From assembly GCF_009914755.1 (NCBI RefSeq), contig NC_060935.1: a stretch of 64,000 nt of DNA; one strand, given 5' to 3'. How positions within the stretch are numbered: position 1 is the first letter of the stretch; every line of letters begins with the position of its first letter. This document shows, in pieces, positions 60,047 to 64,000 of this stretch. A model generated the notes under the pieces. The model ran no database searches, was not told where the DNA came from, and saw only the letters and a list, made by a program, of their open reading frames with translations. Both the position numbers and the translations under genes were made by a program. The stretch comes from the human T2T-CHM13v2.0 reference genome, Homo sapiens.

Positions 60047-61009
60047 CAAATTCTTATAGTATATTGTGGGAATGGGGAATTAAAATAAGAGACTCTAGCC
60101 AGGTATGCACCTACTCAGAGCTATGGAACATACGGGCTTAAAGAGATTGTTATGACTTCATTCCCCTGAGTTGGGTTGAACACATGGGTACAAAGTCTCT
60201 GGAGCCTCTTGGGGTTCTTAGTTGTCTAGAAAGCATGTTCTTATTTGATCTTTACAAAGAACCCTTTTGATATGGGGTTTTTGCCACCCGCATATCAAAG
60301 TAGTGCCACAAAAGTCAACTGTAGGAACAAAATAAAGGAAGTTCATATGGCTTCTCAAAGAAAAAAGGAAATGGTAAATTAAAGCCCTCATTTATTTGTT
60401 GATGAAATATTTATTGAGTGTTCCAGATGTTCTCATTCAGTGCCTTGGATGGGGACTCCGTAGTTCATGTCTAGTGGAGAGAAATAGAAATGTGCATAGT
60501 TAGTTACAATCTCTTAGATATTAGATATTGAGGTGTGCACAGAGAACTATGGGTGCTTACGGGAGGATCCACCTACGTGTGTGTGTTAGTGTGTGTATAC
60601 GTGTGTATTGCACAGAATGTCAGTGATGGTAGAGAAGATTCCTGTGAGATATAATACTATTAATGGAATTTTGAAAGGATGAGTGGCAGTTAGCCAGGGC
60701 AGTAGAGTAGAAAGGGTATTTATGCTAGAAAAGAGCATTTGCAACGACAGACAAATATAGAAGAACATGGCTCATCTGAGGAAGGTCAAGCAGCTTAGTC
60801 TGATTGGAGTTTAAGGTTTAGTGGGGAAGAGTGGAGACACTTGAGGTTTGAGAGCTTTGCCAGATTATGAAGGTTTTGTTAGGCAAAGTAGTGGGTAATG
60901 GGTGGACCATCAAAGAGGTTTAAACAGGAGAATGCCATAATCAGATCTGATGTTAAGAAATATCACTTTTGCGAGGTAATGAATGAATCAAAAAGCAGCA
61001 GAATGGTCA

Positions 61010-61520
61010 GCAATAATAATAATTGAAAACACTTGGTAATGTTCAATGCCAGTCTTTTTCAGCCTACTTTTTAGGCACTAACTCATGTAATCCTCATGAC
61101 AATTTTATTCTTGAGTACTATTGTTATCTCAATATTACAGATAAAGAAATGGAGACACAGAACTGTAAAGCAATTTTTCCAGCTTTACTCAAATAATGAA
61201 TGGCAGAATAACAACTCATATCCAACAGGCTGGCCGTCCATGTTCTTACCACTATGTTAGACTGCCTTTCAATAACTACAGCATTTATTAAGAGCTTTCA
61301 GTATACCAGGCAGTGTTCTAAGCATGTTACAAGCAAAAGCTAATATGCTAGAACCACTCCATGAAGTAAGTACTATTAATATTAATATTCCCATTGTATA
61401 GATGATATAACTAAGGAGAGAGGTTAAATGATTTGTCTAATATTACCTAGATAGTAAGTAGCAGAGGTTAAATTCAAACTTGGCAGTCTGAAATAAGAAC
61501 CTGAGCTCTTCACCTCTGTA
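61010..61520 (-). mobile_element. Two tandem MIR relics
   Basis: Core-like ttacagataaagaaatggagacacaga and cccattgtatagatgatataactaagg. Confidence 0.65.
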
Positions 61521-61744
61521 TTGTATAGATGTGGGTAGACTATTTATGGGTGTGTTAAAATAATCAAGGCAGAAGTCATGGTGGCCCGAACTAACAGAGT
61601 GATAGTAGAGATAAGGGATATAAATCCAAGGTATATTAAGAAAGTAAATTTTAGGGAATTTAAAATGACTATTGGAAGAACAGTGGGGGGTGAAAGTAAG
61701 ATATTAAAGATGACCTGAATGATGAAACCTAACACGTAGGGTCC

Positions 61745-62592
61745 CGTATTACTGTCTATTGTTGCATAACAAATCAATCCCAAATTTAGCAGCTTAAAAC
61801 AACAAATAGTCATTACTTTGCAGCTTCCATGTGTCAGGAATCAGGGTTAGGTTTAGCTGAGTGCCTCTGTCTCAAGGTGTTTTATTAGATTGCAGTCCAG
61901 TTGTCAACTACGTCTGTGGTGTCATCTGAAGGATTATCTTGCAGAGGACCCTCTTGCAGGCTCACTCACATGGATTTTGTCAGGCCTCTGTCCCTTGTCA
62001 CATGGACCTTCAGCATGATGGCTGGCTTCTCCAGAGTGAGCAATCCAAGAGATAGAAGACACAGTCCTTTCATAGGCTAATCTCAGAAGTGACATCATAT
62101 CACATCTGTGGTATTCCAATCATTAGAAGGGAGTTTGTATTAGTCTGTTTTCATGCTGCTGATAAAGATATACCTGAGACTAGGAAGAAAAAAGAGGTTT
62201 AATTGAACTTACAGTTCCACATGACTGGGGAGGCCTCAGAATCATGGCAGGAGGTGAAAGGCACATCTTACATGGTGGTGGCAAGAGAAAATGAGAAAGA
62301 TGCAAAAGTGGAAGCCCCTGATAAAACCATCAGATCTCATGGGACTTGTTCACTACCACAAGAACAGTCTGGGGGAAAACCGCCCTCATTGTTCAAATTA
62401 TCCCCAGCAGATTCCTCCCACAACATGTGGGAATTATGGAAGTACAACTCAAGAGGAGATTTGGGTGGGGACACAGAACCAAACTATATCAGAGTCAGCA
62501 AGTCCAGTTGACCCTCAGGAAGAGGAGATTACTCAAGGACATGAATACTATAAATTAGAGATCAGTGAGATTCGTCTTTAAGGCCTCCTATC
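61745..62592 (-). mobile_element. MLT1F-like LTR interrupted by THE1
   Basis: ctattgttgcataacaaat...aaatttagcagcttaaaacaacaa...gctggcttctccagagtgagcaatccaagaga. Confidence 0.72.
62136..62491 (-). mobile_element. THE1 (C/D-like) solo LTR
   Basis: tgtattagtctgttttcatgctgctgataaaga...gatttgggtggggacacagaaccaaactatatca; 5-bp TSD gagtt/gagtc. Confidence 0.92.
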
Positions 62593-63539
62593 AAAATCTT
62601 TATTCCATGGCGTCCTTTTCTTAGGACACCATAATAACCTGTTTGAAAACCACTGATTTAAATCATGGGCAGAGAAATCAGAGCTCAAAATGGAAACTGG
62701 GACATAAGAAACTACAGAGGTAAGAGAGAAGCCAGAAGGGGCTTCCAAAAACCACTAAAGTTTTGGGAAATAATGTCAAATACTATAGAAATATCAGAAG
62801 CCACCCTTGAGAGTATCATTCGTAATCTAGGCAGGGCAATTGCCTTACTCTAGGGGAGTGGAAGGCAGATTACTGTAGATAGAAGAGTGAAGTTAAGGAG
62901 TAAAAATAGTGAGAACAGGCGACTTTTTAAAAAGAGTCCTGTTGTGATGAAAGAAGAGTGTGTGCTAAATAGAGGTGATCTGTGCTTAAAAAAGACTTTA
63001 AAAAGAAAGAGAGATGCAACATACAAAACCCTTTCTGATGATAAGGTGACTCTGTAGGATAATTAACAAAGAAGAAAATAAAGCCATGTGGAATGTGATA
63101 CTGCAATCCTTCATCCTAGTGGCCAAGGCCTCCACTGTCACCTATGCAAGTTGCAGAAGAGCAAAACATGGAATCTATGCCATAATGTGGAGATAAAGAT
63201 TTGAAAAGGAAGTCCAAAGGGAATCTCAGAAAAATGTTTTCTATAATTTTATTTCTGCTTCTGATAATATGCTAAAATTTCCTGATATGTTGCTGTGTTG
63301 TAACACAGTGTTCATTCTGAACATTTGGATCTTTTACCCAAGTTACATTTTTGTTAGGGAGATAATGCTCATCCTAATGCATCAAATGTAATTGCAATTG
63401 TGAAGTAAATGCTAGGAAACACATTTCTTTGAATCTTCTTCCAATTCATGTATTTCTCCCCCCTTTTAATCTTCTGCCCTAATAGGACGTCTCCTGAGTT
63501 CTCTTAGTTCAATATAATATCACCGTGTTTCTTAGGGAA

Positions 63540-63800
63540 GCAGTTCTACTGTAGTGGTTAATGTCACAGGATCTGGAATTAGATCACCTGGCTTCAATTT
63601 CCAGCACTCACATTGATTATTATGTGACCTTGGGCAGACTGTAACTGCTCTGTGCCTCAATTTTATCACTTGAAAAATTGTTAACACTTTACCACCTGCA
63701 AAATGATAAAATCTTTCTTACTGGCATTGTTATGAGCATAAATAAAGTACTAGCAATTGGAAAAATGCCCAGCATATAAGAAACTCTCAACAAATGTTAT
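63540..63800 (+). mobile_element. MIR relic followed by a (CAT)n tract (about 63804-63835)
   Basis: gtagtggttaa...tgtgaccttgggcag...tgtgcctcaattttatc. Confidence 0.7.
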
Positions 63801-64000
63801 GTTTCATCATCAGCATCATCGTCATCATCATCATCCTATCACTTCCAACTGAAACCTTCGTTATCCTTGACACTTCCCTTCAGCTTCATCCTTCCATGTC
63901 TTACTGACTATTCAGTCTGTGCTCCTTTTGAAGTAGCCAGTATTCTTGTCTTTACTGAGAAAATTTATTAGAGATATTAGACACAAACTTTGCCTGCTTG

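Overview
Human (AluYb8-containing) AT-rich, repeat-dense non-coding genomic DNA. I cannot support any protein-coding exon: the longer ORFs in the track are L1 ORF2 remnants, Alu or microsatellite read-throughs, or GC-rich chance ORFs. Main content: more than a dozen Alus, several L1s (three with 5' inversions of twin-priming type), MaLR/ERVL/ERV1 solo LTRs, hAT and Tigger DNA transposon fossils, MIR/L2 relics, a 33-nt tailless U2 snRNA retrocopy with a 22-bp TSD, and one CpG-island promoter (~47.1-47.9 kb) with RFX, E-box, GC-box and YY1 motifs, back-to-back splice donors and candidate non-coding exons downstream. The most unusual signals are (i) three independent insertions built from copies of nearby unique DNA and bracketed by direct repeats (21096-21247, 41100-41153, 50996-51037), i.e. 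fossil local-template-switch or repair events whose donors are still visible in the window, and (ii) three separate L1PA copies whose inversion or truncation breakpoints all fall within ~45 nt of one hairpin/palindrome in L1 ORF2. Repeat subfamily names come from recalled consensus features, not from a database search; their boundaries are approximate unless a TSD is given.
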